Source: Blepharisma stoltei ATCC 30299 (lineage: Eukaryota > Protista > Ciliophora). Taken from it: DNA of 64,000 nucleotides. How positions within the stretch are numbered: position 1 is the first letter of the stretch; each line of letters starts with the position of its first letter. The stretch lies in NCBI GenBank assembly GCA_965603825.1, contig CBFDEM010000043.1, forward strand, positions 310,001 to 374,000. The letters are read 5' to 3'. The notes beneath the pieces were generated by a model. That model ran no database searches. It was not told where the DNA came from and was given only the letters and a program-made list of their open reading frames with translations. A program made the translations under genes and the position numbers. Positions 33,176 to 46,212 of this stretch are shown here, in pieces.

Positions 33176-36100
33176 TTAAAGATAAGGAAATTTATTCTTC
33201 CGTGCTACATTGAGATCAAATTTTTCTATTATAGTATCAGAACTGTGACGATAAGATCGATTCATCTGTCTTTTTGGTGTTTGGCGAGTACTTGGAGTTA
33301 GTATTGCTAGATTTTTAGGAAATATTTCCATTGTATTTGGAGGTTTTGGAGAAAAAGATTGTGTAACAAATTTGCCTCGAAGGAAAGAATTTTTTTCTGA
33401 GCTTCTATCAGATGAGGTTACGCTTGTGTTATGTAAGCCCTGAAGCCTTAAAATTCTATATTTTACATATTTGATGTGCTTGATCATAAGGCACCAAATT
33501 TCTGGCAAATTCTCTTCTAATGAGTATCCAGAACCCAATCTTCTTGCTGATTCTGATTTTATTTTTATCATTATTTGTTCTCATTTTTGGATTAAACGTT
33601 GTGGTATTTTTTTCTTAGTCCTCTTCTCTGCAATTATTTCAGGAAATGCCACTTCTTGAGGAATTCCTAGAATCACAACACTTATTCCCTTTTGATACTT
33701 TTGCTGAAGTAAGCTTATAATTGCTCTTTTTTGGGTTTCATATTTTTCTGTTCCCAAAAGCCCTCTTAGGTGCTGAGAAATTTCATCATTTTCGCCCTCT
33801 TGAACCCTTCTATTTATAATATCAGCCCAAACCCGATTGGATTCTTCTAGTCCAACTTTTTTGTATCCTTTTTTCTGTGCTTCAATCGCAAATTCTGCGT
33901 TAAATCTCTGATAAGCTTCTTCTACTCTGTTATTAATTTTTTTTACCCAATCTATCAAAGTGCTTGGCTTATTAATACTTGCAGGATTCTCTATTTTTTC
34001 AGTAGCAGATGTACTTAATTTCCCAAGAACTCCAGAAGATACTACAGATTGATTCGCTCTTGAGCCTCTTGTGAGCGAGTTTTGTGTGTCTTTTCTTTCT
34101 TTGTTCCTTTTTTCCATCATGATAAGCCCTTTGATCATATTTCCATACGAAGCATTTAAGTTATCTAGCTTTGTTTCTCCATCAGTTTGTACAGAAATTT
34201 CTGATTTTTCAGAGAAAAAATCTCTTAGAGCTGAAAAAATTTTTTCTTGTAATGATAATCCTTGGGAAAGCTCAATTTCTAATAAATGACTAAGCTTTAA
34301 TTCTTGAGAATTTATGTTTAACTCACTTAATTTTTCTGAGCTGTAGTGAGATAGAATTTTGAATAATTTTTCTTTAAAAAATTTTATTGAGTCAGGAGTT
34401 TCTGTTCTATTATCATATATAGAAGATGTATAAGTGGAATTTTTTGAATAATTACTGTCTTTAGATTCTTTTTTAGTAGTAATTTCAATCTTAAGTGGAG
34501 ATGGCAATTCATCACTAGATTTAACAACATTATCAAATTTGTCAAGACTGGCCGGAGAAGGTAGCTCGTCTTGAGGCATAACAATTTTAGGAACAATTTC
34601 TGTCTCATTTTTTATTTCTTTTACATTTTCTTCTTCTGGTTTTATATCTTTTATGGTTTCATCTATAGTCTCGACCTTAATATCTGGAACTTCTTCTACC
34701 TTAACTATTATTGGTGAATTTTCATGAATTGTTTTTTCTTCTATTTTTTCAAGGTTTTGACTCTGAGGTCTTATATCTTCTTTTGGAATAATTTTTCTTT
34801 CTAAGATTTCTTTCTTTTTTTCAATCTTTATGATTTCTTTTTCAGTCTTTATTGCTGGACTATTAATAGTTAGCGGAAGGCTTTCAGTGTGCCTGAATAT
34901 GCTTTCTTGCTCTTTTTTGGGATCTAAAATATCTTCAGGGGTGAATTCTTGATTTGTTATATTTTCTGGTGATGGGGAATTGTCTATTAACTTTTGGCTG
35001 GCTTCTTTTTCTTTTTGGCGGATTAGTGAGTTTGATTTTAAATTAATGTCTTCTCTTCTAACCATAAGCGTATTTTGTTTTTTATAAGGTATAGGAGATT
35101 CGTCCAGTTTTGGTGTTTGAGCACTTTGTCCTTTGATAACTGTAGATCTTCTTGGCTTTAAAATTTTTTTTGTTTCAGTCTTTTCTGGCTTAGCTAGTTT
35201 TTCTTGCCTTATTTTTTCTGACTCCAAATATACTTCATCAATCTTAACGTCTTCTAATATTTTTCCAATTTCAGCAGAAATTTCTTTATTTTCTATTTTA
35301 CTCGAAATATTCCCAACACTTTCTTTAAGCTCTGTCAATTTACCTATTAAATATTCTTGTGCTTTCCTTTCAGCTTTAGAAATACCTTTCATATTTTCTT
35401 CTAAGTTTTCATAATTTTCTTTCTCAACTAAATCAGCTAATTTTTCTTTTTCTATTTCTTTTATAGGAGCAAGATCTATAATTGTAGTAAACGTCTCTTT
35501 CAAAGCATTTAAATTATTTTTAGTAGCAGCCTGTGAAGCAGTTAGCTCTTTTAAATTTTGATTTGCTACTTGGATTCTTGTTTCAAAGCCTTTAATAGTT
35601 TTATCAGACTGCATTATCTTTTTTTCCAGAATCGTCCTAGCAGCTATTAAATTTTGTATTTTCTTTTGTGCGGAAGGCAAATCAGTAACTTTTTCATCAT
35701 TATTTGCGGCGGTTAAAATAGCTTCTTCTCTTAAATAGTTTTCAATTTCTCCACTTAACTTATCTTGATAGCACATCATAATTCTATCATATTCTTCTCT
35801 GTTTTTTGACACAATTTCTTTTTCTTTTTCTTCCAGCTTATGTATTTTAATTCCTGCTTTTTCTTTTACCCATGCAAATTTATACATATATTTAGTTTCT
35901 ACCTCAATTAACTGATTTTTTGCATTTTCAATAGCATCAACAAACTCTTTTTCAACTTCCACATGTCTTTCCCATGCATCATGGCTTATATCTCTAATGT
36001 CTAAATAAAATGGTAAATCATAATTATTCATTTCAGTCAATTTCTCGACGAGTTTGTCACTGCTCAAAACTTTTTCTTCAGCAATTTCTTTTTTCATGCC

Positions 36101-36535
36101 TTCTGGCAAAATACTTTGATTTTTTTCTATTTCTTGTTTTGCGTATTCCTTGAAAATTTCTGTAATTATCGAGACTTTGTCTTGAAGTTTTTCATAATTT
36201 TTTGTCATCAGTTTTTGTTCAGATTTGTTTACTATGGTTTTGTAGCCGTTTGAAGCTGATGGAAGAGCGTGGTTAGTAAAATCTGTTTGGGAGGTTGATA
36301 GGGTAGATCTGGTTAAATATTCACCAAATTTCTGCTTGACTAGAAATTCTGTTATAATGGGATGCAGTTTTGCTACAGCTTCTAATATAATTGATTGGAT
36401 AGATTTTAATTTAAGCATGCGATTTATTAGAAACTTGCGAGTATCTTCAGATTCAGTTATAGCTGGCTCAAAACAACTGTGGTTTTCAATCAATGAAGAG
36501 CATAAGTCTGTTATTTCTTTCTTTATTGTTTCCAT
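33176..36535 (-). CDS. Large coiled-coil/low-complexity protein
   Basis: 984-aa and 131-aa ORFs joined in frame through TGA 33581. Confidence 0.8.
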
Positions 36536-36823
36536 TTATTAGCTATTTAAATATTCCTAGGCTAAGTCTCAATTTGAACATTTTTATATAAATTTGCTGA
36601 TAAATCAGAAAATAAAATATTGCAACCCGCTTGACAGAATTAATTATTTCGATATCTCTAAACCACAATATGAAGAGCCTTACCATTTAATTGTAGAATT
36701 TCCTGGAATATTTAAATCATTTTTCTTTGTTAATAAGGTTGTCATCATATGATTCTCTTTTTTAAAACTAATCATCAAAATGCAAATATCTATATAGCAA
36801 TTGTATTATTTAATATTAATTAT

Positions 36824-37312
36824 ATGCAAAACACAAACCTAATACTGCAAGCAAAGAATATCCTTGGCTTTGAATACAATCCTGAAGATCCAGGTCTTCA
36901 AGGTAGCTTATTTGAAAGAATTATTAAAGAGTATCCAGATCTACCAGACGGAAAACAATCATTAAGAATTGATCTTTCTAGATACTTAGTTTTGCTTTAC
37001 TCACAGTTCACAATCAGATGTGAACCTGAATTATCTCAGGCTGAACAATTTCAATGTTTAAGATTCCTTGCAAGGGTTAATGAAAGGATTGAATATGGCA
37101 ATTTTGAAATGAATTATAATGAACGCCTATTTAGATACAAAACAAGCCAATCTTTTCCTGGAGTAAGAGACGCGAGCCCTGCTATTGCTTATATGGCAAC
37201 TCTACATGAAAAATTAATCAGGCAACTCTTCAAAGTTAATATAAGAGAGCTGGATGACGACGATTATTTTAATCGCCAAGTAGATGCTGTCCTTTCTACA
37301 GAAAATAAGTAA
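36824..37312 (+). CDS. YbjN-like domain protein
   Basis: FLARVNERIEYGNFEMNYNERLFRYKTS resembles the bacterial YbjN core (recalled consensus, unverified). Confidence 0.55.
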   Translation: MQNTNLILQAKNILGFEYNPEDPGLQGSLFERIIKEYPDLPDGKQSLRIDLSRYLVLLYSQFTIRCEPELSQAEQFQCLRFLARVNERIEYGNFEMNYNERLFRYKTSQSFPGVRDASPAIAYMATLHEKLIRQLFKVNIRELDDDDYFNRQVDAVLSTENK

Positions 37313-37348
37313 TTGCAAGTGTTCTCAGTTTAAATTATATTATCATTA

Positions 37349-38128
37349 TTATTTGATTCTTCTGAAAACTTCTCTTGGGAAAGCTCCATGATTAGGAGTG
37401 CTTGGCGATTTTGGCCTAAAAGTAAAAAGCTCATCGTCGTCCTTTTTTAACCCTTTCAAGTTCAAAGAGAAATCAGCTGTATTTTCTTTATGTGCTGAAC
37501 CATGACTTATCACAATATTTCTTTTTCTCGGTGTAGCCGACCTTCTTGCACTTAATTGCCTTATTTTTCTTTCTTTTTCAAGATGAGTTACTGCTTCTTG
37601 AAACAGTTTTAAAGGGCTATTTGAGGTTTTGGATTTTGATTTCATCCCTTCTATCATGTCTTCTTGTTGAGCTAGCTTGATTTTAAGCTTGTTTTGTTCA
37701 GTAATAAGGTGGTTGCATAATTTATTTAGGTAGTCGATTTCGTTGTAATTTGAATTATCAATGGTTTTGTGGGCTCTATTGACAGTAAATTTTAGTCTGT
37801 TGTGAATTATGGAATTTTGATCATACGTTGAACTGATTTGTGGAGGAAAATTTTCATCATTAATGTCATCGTTTATATCTCGTAGCTCTTTTTCAAGCTT
37901 TCTTGAAGAAAGAGCTGAGTGGCTTGGCTCTGTATTTACAATGCGACTCATTGGGCTGATACTGTTACTTCTGGGCCCAGCTGACATTGGAAACCCTTTT
38001 ATTCGTTGAGGTTTTGAAAAGTCGCATATTTGGGATTTGAAGATAATTTTTGGGTCAATTTTTTTATAGGTTTGGCTTGATTTAGGTGTAGTCAAGATAG
38101 ATGGATCTTGATGATAACTTAAGTTCAT
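37349..38128 (-). CDS. Hypothetical protein with short coiled coil
   Basis: ATG 38128 to TAA 37349; EIDYLNKLCNHLITEQNKLKIKL. Confidence 0.7.
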   Translation of the reverse strand: MNLSYHQDPSILTTPKSSQTYKKIDPKIIFKSQICDFSKPQRIKGFPMSAGPRSNSISPMSRIVNTEPSHSALSSRKLEKELRDINDDINDENFPPQISSTYDQNSIIHNRLKFTVNRAHKTIDNSNYNEIDYLNKLCNHLITEQNKLKIKLAQQEDMIEGMKSKSKTSNSPLKLFQEAVTHLEKERKIRQLSARRSATPRKRNIVISHGSAHKENTADFSLNLKGLKKDDDELFTFRPKSPSTPNHGAFPREVFRRIK

Positions 38129-38539
38129 GTTCAAATAATGATAATAATTGAAAACTATTGAATTAATGGAAAATATTCAAAAGAAAAAGAAAATCAGGAA
38201 ATAAGGGAATGGAGGAAAGAATAAGATATCAAAAACAAATAATTTTGTGATTATAATTTAATTAAAAGCATTTCTATTAATTTGAACATATACCAGCAAA
38301 AACAGAAAGAGTGAATTTAGCAACAAGGGAGGTAAACTATGGAGTTAAAATAATTATTTGATGATTGAGTACATAATTTCAGCCCAAACAATGAGAAATA
38401 AGTGACTTATTTGAATCAAATATTTCAATAATTCTATGATTAATTTGCAAACACCATTGGCTGCTTTGGCACATTTCTAAACTTTTTAATTAAATAGTTT
38501 TTACTTATGCTTTAATTTATGCTAGCCAAGTCATGTGTA

Positions 38540-38965
38540 TTAAACTGAGGTAGCTTTCCCTTGTCCCGATATTTTCCCCACCAGTTCATGAATAAAAGGA
38601 GAATTGCAAATATAAGATCCAACTCCTGGGATATATTTTGATGATGAATATAACTGAGGAACGAAGTCTCTAAATAAATAGAAAAATCCAAATAATTGAA
38701 TAAATGTCCCTAAGATTGTCCAATTGCAGATTATCAAAAAGAATCCAATAAAATAGCATGCTGATCCTTTTAATTTTGAAGGTTTGAAGAAAAATGATAA
38801 TAAAGTCGCTGTACCAGCAATGTAGCAAGTCCCACCTGTAAAGAGTAAGTTGCCTATGATAAGAAAGAAGCGATCAAACACAAAAATTAAGCCTAAAAGG
38901 TAGCAAAAAAGTCCAGCTAAAGTCAAAATTGATCCTCCACTTTTCTTTGAATTGCTTAAATACAT
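38540..38965 (-). CDS. GOT1: Vesicle transport protein Got1/GOLT1
   Basis: LG.IFVFDRFFLIIGNLLF..G, FFFKPSKLKGS, GFFYLFRDF, IPGVG. Confidence 0.88.
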   Translation of the reverse strand: MYLSNSKKSGGSILTLAGLFCYLLGLIFVFDRFFLIIGNLLFTGGTCYIAGTATLLSFFFKPSKLKGSACYFIGFFLIICNWTILGTFIQLFGFFYLFRDFVPQLYSSSKYIPGVGSYICNSPFIHELVGKISGQGKATSV

Positions 38966-39505
38966 ATTTATAAATAAAGCAAAAAGTAATCTATATAAAT
39001 AAGCACAATCAGCTTTATATTATAAGAATTATGATCAATTAACTTCTTTATTGTTTATACATTATAATTTACAATGAATAATTAAATATAAGATAATTTT
39101 AAATTAGCACAATGTTTTATTTATTTAAATTCAAAAAAATATGATAAATCATAGCTAATTCTTATTTATATCAATTATTCCCGAAATCCATAAAAATGAA
39201 CAGGAAAAAAGGTCAACTTAAAAATTAAACTCTAGAGATTTTGTCTCAAATTATAAGAAAAATTCAATTATTTTGTAAAAGACATCATAGTTACTGGTTC
39301 ACTGAAATTTATTATTAGATAATTCTAAATATTTACAAGTAGAACTTTCTTTATTTTCAACAATTATATAACAGTCGGTTTAATTTAAAATTTACCAGTA
39401 GTAATACATCTTTTAATAATGCCAAATTTATCTTTGTCCAAGTTTTGTATTTTCCCTCATATTTAAGCAAAATTTCCATTCATAACTTATAGCTTTATAA
39501 TAATT

Positions 39506-40657
39506 ATGGGTAGATATGTAGTTGACATTCTCTCTTCTATTGCAAATGTAGAATACATCCCTCACGATCAAAATACAATCCTTCTAGTGCCTGATACATT
39601 CATACCAAGCTCTGAAATCGAAGCTCGGTTTGCGCCTTGTAATGATATAGATCAGGCACTAGCAGGAGGTGCTTTCATCTTTAGGGTAGCTAATGAGTTT
39701 CAAAGAGGTTTTCTTATGGGTTTAATCTTAGGACGCTGGCCAGATGCAAAATTAGTCACATCGAGATTAGACGTTTATAAGAAAATCTCTCCAAGAATTT
39801 CATTACAGATGTACAAAGAAAACTTTTATAAGCTTTACTACAATGACTCCTGCGCGAGTACCGAAGCATCTTCAGAGTATCCTAATAGCCCAAGAGAAGA
39901 GCTCAAAGCTCCATTTTTCCAACCAAAGCCTCAACCACAACAAATATCCTTACAAGAAAAATACCTTGACAATCTCTACTATGAAGTCCTTAACAAATAT
40001 TATGAAAAATTCCTCATCCATGAAGAAATTAGAGCAACCAAAATAAGATCAGCCAAAGCCCAGATAAAAAACCTTTCAGACGGAGCCGTTATTTCAGTAA
40101 AGCGAAAAGCCTTGCCAGGATTTGCTGACTGTTTACCTGGAAGCAGTGAATTATCAGATATGGTCTACGAGGATTTAAGGGATCATAAAATAATCCAAGA
40201 AATTGGAATGCAAGTAACCTATGATGAAACTTTAATTGAGATGTATTTTGGAAGAGATAAAAAAAAGGAATTTAAGCCACGATATAAAGAATCAAGAAAC
40301 CAGCCTCTGCAACCTCCACAGCCTCCACAGTCTCCAATCTTTTCAATGGCTATGGACAGGGATAAAATTATTGAAACAGCATTTAAAGAGATTTGGAAAG
40401 ATATTCTTATAGAAGTAGAAGAAGTAAAGCCTAATACAATTGCTGCGCTTGCTTATCTTATTGTAGGCAGATTTGAGAAGAAGCATGAAGAAGAACCTGT
40501 GAAATATGACATTAGCTTTAAAGAAGATATAATTAAAAGGGCAATAAAAATGCTATTCACATGGGACATAATATCCTTACAAAGTAATAGTGAAAAGACT
40601 CAAGATTCGGTAGCAGAAAACTATAAACAAAATCTGAGCGAAAGACTTTTACTATAA
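39506..40657 (+). CDS. Hypothetical protein
   Basis: 383-aa ATG..TAA ORF; no recognised family. Confidence 0.75.
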   Translation: MGRYVVDILSSIANVEYIPHDQNTILLVPDTFIPSSEIEARFAPCNDIDQALAGGAFIFRVANEFQRGFLMGLILGRWPDAKLVTSRLDVYKKISPRISLQMYKENFYKLYYNDSCASTEASSEYPNSPREELKAPFFQPKPQPQQISLQEKYLDNLYYEVLNKYYEKFLIHEEIRATKIRSAKAQIKNLSDGAVISVKRKALPGFADCLPGSSELSDMVYEDLRDHKIIQEIGMQVTYDETLIEMYFGRDKKKEFKPRYKESRNQPLQPPQPPQSPIFSMAMDRDKIIETAFKEIWKDILIEVEEVKPNTIAALAYLIVGRFEKKHEEEPVKYDISFKEDIIKRAIKMLFTWDIISLQSNSEKTQDSVAENYKQNLSERLLL

Positions 40658-40754
40658 TTTTTAATATTTATTACTTAAAAGATTTAGCATTTAAAAACCT
40701 AATTGGCCATGAAGTGCATATTAATTGCAATACTTAAATGTGTAATTAAATAAA

Positions 40755-41561
40755 TTATTCTTCATTATCATTATCATTCATGACACTAAAATAATTTCTT
40801 TTAGCTTCAATAAACTCCAAATCTAAACTGACAATAAAGCTCCCTACAAAATCAAGCATTTTTGCATACATCCCATTTTGTATAGCCATACCATGGGTCT
40901 GGATTCTGAACAGTTTTTCCATTTTCTTGATATCGATTTTAAACACATTTAGTGGCTGAACAATATCAGTTATTGTTACAGAAATATTGCAAATTTGCTC
41001 ATAGTCTCTACTTTCTTTTTTGCCTTCCAGCAAATTCATATAATCAATAACCCCAAGCCAGGAATACGATTCCATGTTTTCTGAAACCACAGCTTCACTT
41101 CCAGGTGTTTCCACTTTTAGCTGGACTTTAGTGTCAGGATGGACTACGCCTAAAATCGCGATCGTGTCAAAATCGTTACCTGCTTTTAATATTTGGGAAC
41201 TCGCTGACTTATATTCCACAATTTTTATGCATCGGTGTAATAAAAGCTTGAATTCGTATCGTGAATAAACGTTCTTAAAGACATTTTGGTATAGACCTTC
41301 AGCTGGGTCACCGAAATTGAAAACAATCTTCTTACGAACCATCAAAATCCAGTGGATTAAATTTATGCATGCTTGACCGAAATTTCATATGATGATATCG
41401 ACTTGGTTATCTAAGCCTAAAAACCCTCATATAACGAAAAATATGCAGCCGACTGTTAAGACAAATCGAAGATAAACTTGATTCCATTGGACGTAAGATA
41501 AAAAATAGCAGGCGTTGGCAATTTGATATGCCCACATGTTCGCAGGTAGAACTTCTGGCAT
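40755..41561 (-). CDS. Popeye-domain (POPDC/BVES-like) 3-TM protein
   Basis: YQIANACYFLSY, YLRFVLTVGCIFFVI-W(TGA)-G, DIII-W(TGA)-NF..INLIH, GLYQNVF match the POPDC TM region; cNMP-binding-like C-terminus. Confidence 0.78.
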
Positions 41562-41828
41562 ATTTTATATTAAATATTAAATATTTAATATCTACCTATT
41601 TGCAAGAACTTTTTACTTGTACCCAGAATACTAATAATCTGAATCATTAATTTCTATTTTATATATCTTATACTAGATTTTTTATCAATTTAATAATCTT
41701 AGCTATCCTTCTTTGATCTATACAGACTTCAGAAATGGCTATTTTATAATTATAAGCTCTCATTTCACATAATATTTTTTCTCATAAAGTTACATATTGA
41801 ACACTAAAAAATAAATAATCATATCTAT

Positions 41829-44800
41829 ATGAAATCCAAATCATCAAAACCTGCGTCATCTACTTATAGGTCATTTGACAATGAAGATATAACAACTCCA
41901 ATTAAATCAGCTCGACATATAATGACTTGAAGAGAAGCCAAAAAAAATGCAAATTTATCGAACCTTAAAATCCCTCAGGGAAAATACTCAGGAGCCCAAT
42001 TAATAAAAAATGCGAAAGAAGAGTTGTCAGAATTAGGGAAATATTTATTAAACACAAACACAACAGATGTTTCATATCTGAAAGACACAATAAAATCTTC
42101 AAAGGCACTTCTGCAGCCTATTACAATTTTTCCAACAGACATTAAAACTTTGGAAAAGTTCCTGGAAGGAATGGACATATGCGAATCTCCCAGACCTCCA
42201 GGAAACCATCAACTCATAAATCAAGCCTTATGCAAAAAAGAAAACTGTATCGATCATTTATTAGTCAATAACCCGAGTGAAGGAAACTTAAAGAAAAACC
42301 TTCAAGGTTCTCCATTTGCCCCAGAAAAGCATATTGAAATAACGGAAAGATATGACTTAGGCAACCCTTCTGGCCGTCAAGAAGTATCAAATTTGAAAAA
42401 CTGACTCTCAGCTATGAAATCTCGCTATCTCACTAATTTTGAATCAGAAAATGACAGCTCTATTGAAGAAATCAAATCTGCTGAATTAATTTTCACTACT
42501 TGCCAAAGAGAATTAGTACGCCAAGTTTCAGTTTATTGCTTAGACAGAGGAGAGTTATTAGAAGAAGTCTTCAAAGGCTTCCAAAAGATTTTTAAACAAA
42601 AAGAAAAAATCCATGAAAAATCTTTCGAAAATTCAAAAGAAGAAGCTAAAATAGAGCAGGATAAAAGAGAAGAGCAGTTTAATGCGCAAATGACAAAATC
42701 AGTTAATTATATAAAATTTTTGAGCGAAAAAATAGCAAATCTAAAAGAAAACAAGAAAGGAGTTAAAAAAGATTTTGATTTTGTAACAAAGGAGTATGAT
42801 AATTTAAAAGCAAAATACGATAAAGAAGCTGCTGAATGAAAAAAGAAAGAAATGAAGCTAAGAAAAGAAATAGGAAAATTAAAAGAAAATTTTATTAAGC
42901 ATGTAGATGAAAAATTAAAATTCGAAACCACAGATGAAGATACCAGAGAAACACCAATAGAAAGGGAGAATTTAATCATTAACCGAAGCTTTAGATTTGG
43001 TGGAGAAGACATAAAAAACGTTAATAAAGCTTATAGACACATGCTGGAAACTGTAGAAAAGGTAGACCAAGAAGTCCAAGTCATGATCCCAGAAACAAAA
43101 ATAGAAGTGCCTGAGCAGAAACATGAGATTATAAAAATCGTTGAAATAGTAAAAGAAGTGGTAAAAAAAGAAGCAATAAAAGTAGTCACAAAAAATCGAT
43201 ATACTCAGACTGGCTTTATCGAAAATTTAGTCCAAAATATTCCTGAAGAAGCTGCTGAAATTTCATCAAGCAATGCTAATGAAACTTTTATTAGCGATGA
43301 TAAAGAAGACATAGTTGCCCCAACAATTGAAATAATCCCGAATAATGTACCTGAAACTCCGAAAATTAATGAAAATTCTCAAAAAGCTCCAGAAATCACG
43401 AAAATCGAAAGTAGTGAGACAAGTGCAGTTCAAGAAGCTCCAGCTAATACATATTCAGAATCCTCTGAGCCACCAAAGAACGAGCAAAAATTATTAAATC
43501 TTAAATCAATTAAAGAAAAAGCTCAAAAGCCAGTAAAAATTAGAAGAAAATCTGGGATGCTAGCAATCCCCAATACTTCCGAGCTTGATACTCAAAAAAA
43601 TCGTGCTAATTCTACCAAGCCAATAAAATCAAGCAAAACTTTATCCAAAAAAAAGAATGGAGAATCTGATTTACAACAATCCAGAAATTCTATTGATTTT
43701 TCAGAAAATGAGGAAACTCTTGAAAACCTAGAATCAGAAATTTCTAAAAAAAGAGAAGAGTTATACCAATTAGCAAAAGAAGTCTCTCAAAATAAGGAAA
43801 TATTAGAAAAAAATAATGAAAGCTCGAAAGTAGATATAAACAGCGCTAGAAAAACTTCAATACCTTCTCTTGATATTAAAAAAAAGAAAGACAGACAAAA
43901 TAAAAATAAAGGAACTTTTTCTACTCCAAATACTTCTAGAAGTATAAAGGAGCAGCAAAGTAAAGAAGAAAACACTCCTATACGAGAAAAAGCTCCAGAG
44001 ATTTATGTTCAAGAAAAATTAGAAGTCGAAGAAGAAATTTCGCTCAAGAAAAAAAATTCGAAAAATCGTTCTATCTCTCAGTCTAATTTAGCAAAAATAA
44101 GCCTAGAAAAATCAGTATCAAGTCCGATAAGCGCTGACCAAAGTCCTAAGATTCCTTTTAAATCTTCTCGAACCCTTAAAGAACTGTCTCCTCAAAATCC
44201 AAATCTGCTTCTACGCTCTTATTCAATTACAAGCTCGAAAGAATTAGAAGAAGAGCGCATTGATATAGTAAATATCATTCCTCCAAATGCAGATTCTCCT
44301 TCATGAACGTTAGGCTATCAAGCTGGCTATGAACTAGGCAAGCGTGAAGGCTTCAAAGAAGGAGAAGCCTTTGGCATTGAAGAAGGTCAGATAAATGGCT
44401 ATTTAAAAGCTGCAAGAGAATATACCAATAATTCACGACCTTCTCAATTAGATGTTTCCGATGAAGCATATTGGGAAACTGACCCACAGTCAGAAAGTGA
44501 AGGAGAATTCAAAGAAAAATCTGAAAGCGAAGAAGGTAGCGCAGCAAAAACTGAAAGAAGACACCGAGAAAAGCATAGAAGAAGAGCAGAAAATACAATG
44601 AAAAGCCAAATCAAAAAATCAGGGACTGAAGCTTTAGAAAAGTTACAAGAAAATCAAAGTGAAGACTCTGGGGAGGAAGGAGATCTAAGTTCTGATAGCG
44701 AAAAATATACTATCGAAAGCGAAGAAGATGAAGGTGAAGAAGAAAATAAAGAAATCGACAAAGAAGAAGATTTAAAGTCTCCTGGAAGGACAGAACGAAG

Positions 44801-45995
44801 AGAATCCATGGAAAAACGAAAAATAAAAGAGTATACCAAATTCGCCGAATTTCATTTCCATAAACGTGAAAATAAAAAAATCCGCAAAAAAATGCCATCA
44901 TCCACAAATCTTCTTAAAAAATTTTTAAGCCGCACGATGAAATGGATTCTAAGAAAAGCTACAATGAGCCGCAGAATGGTGAATAAAATTATGTCATCGT
45001 TTTATACATCTTGCTTTTCCAGCCATCTTGACAATTCCCACTCTGTAATTGATTATCTTTATAATGACATGTCAGATAAATATACACTGAAAAAAATAAC
45101 TGATAGAAAATTCCTTGAATTTATCGCGTCAGTTTTAAGGTCCTCAGATTCAAAGCGTTCTTTGATGTTTTTGAAGTTCACTGGGGTGAGTAAAAAACTT
45201 AGCTTGCAAGGGTATTCTATGTTTTCTTTTCAGTTTTATTTGAAATCACTTTCCTTTATGCAAAAAGCAAAAATTGGGATAAACTCTTCATTTGATGAAA
45301 CTGCTGATATTATTTATATGCCAACTGTAAGGGCTATTGAGTGTATAAAAGATAAGCTTGATGGTGTTGTGGAGAAATCTTCTATAAGTAAATTAATTTC
45401 TCAAGTAGAGCAGGCTTCAATACAAGACCCACTAAAAATCAACGCTACAGGGCTAATTGAAGAAGAATATGTATTAGAATTAATGGTAGAATTATATGAA
45501 GAGTATATAGCAAAAATACAAAAAGGAATTGATGAGGTCATTTTTGCGATAAAATATAATGAAAATAAAGATTCTATATCAAAACAAGAATTTTTTATGA
45601 TAATAAGACACATTTCCCCGATGAAATTTTATATTTTGCAAAAAGAAGAAGAGATGAGTATAGGAAATAGTATGTCAATTATTGAGCTCACGAGTAAATG
45701 CATAGAAAAAGGCTTATTAGCTATTAATGATGTCAAGTCATATTGCCAAATAAATGAAGACTGCACAAAAGAAGATGTAATGGAAGAAATTAAGGTTTCT
45801 ATCGAGGATATGAAAAATATTGCTTATAAAATTGACGATCTTGAAGAGAAAAATATTTTAAATAGAGAAGAGTGGGAGAGAAAAATGATTAACTGTGAGA
45901 GTGGCATTGAAGGACAAGAAGTAAGATTTACCAAATTAGCTTGGAAATTGTATCAAGACGAACTTATTCGGCTGAAATCGCTTATAAAGGAGTAA
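41829..45995 (+). CDS. Large (~1388 aa) protein with axonemal dynein light chain domain (AXDND1-like)
   Basis: Four ORFs plus an N-terminal extension joined in frame through TGA; PSGRQEVSNLKN-W-L...CQRELVRQVSVYCLDRGELL parallels DNALI1 PATTQDV...CFDELIRQLTIICTERGLLL in this window. Confidence 0.82.
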
Positions 45996-46124
45996 TAATT
46001 AACCAATTAATTGTAGCAAAAAAATCCCACAGACGAATAGTAATTTTATTTAAAGTGATCGATAGTGAAATTAACCTTAATAAAATTAAGTATAAAAGAA
46101 AGAATAAATTGAGGGACTCTAACC

Positions 46125-46206
46125 GACACTTTGGCCGAGTGGTTAAGGCGTTAGCCTGCTAAGCTAATGGGGTCTCCCCGCATGAGTTCAAATCTCATAG
46201 GTGTCG
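46125..46206 (+). tRNA. tRNA-Ser(GCT)
   Basis: 82 nt; acceptor GACACTT/AGGTGTC, TGGCCGAGTGG A-box, TTAGC-CTGCTAA-GCTAA anticodon arm, long variable arm GGGG/CCCC, GTTCAAATC T-loop, discriminator G. Confidence 0.95.
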
Positions 46207-46212
46207 TTTTTT
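46207..46212 (+). terminator. Pol III oligo-T terminator
   Basis: T6 immediately after the tRNA. Confidence 0.75.
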
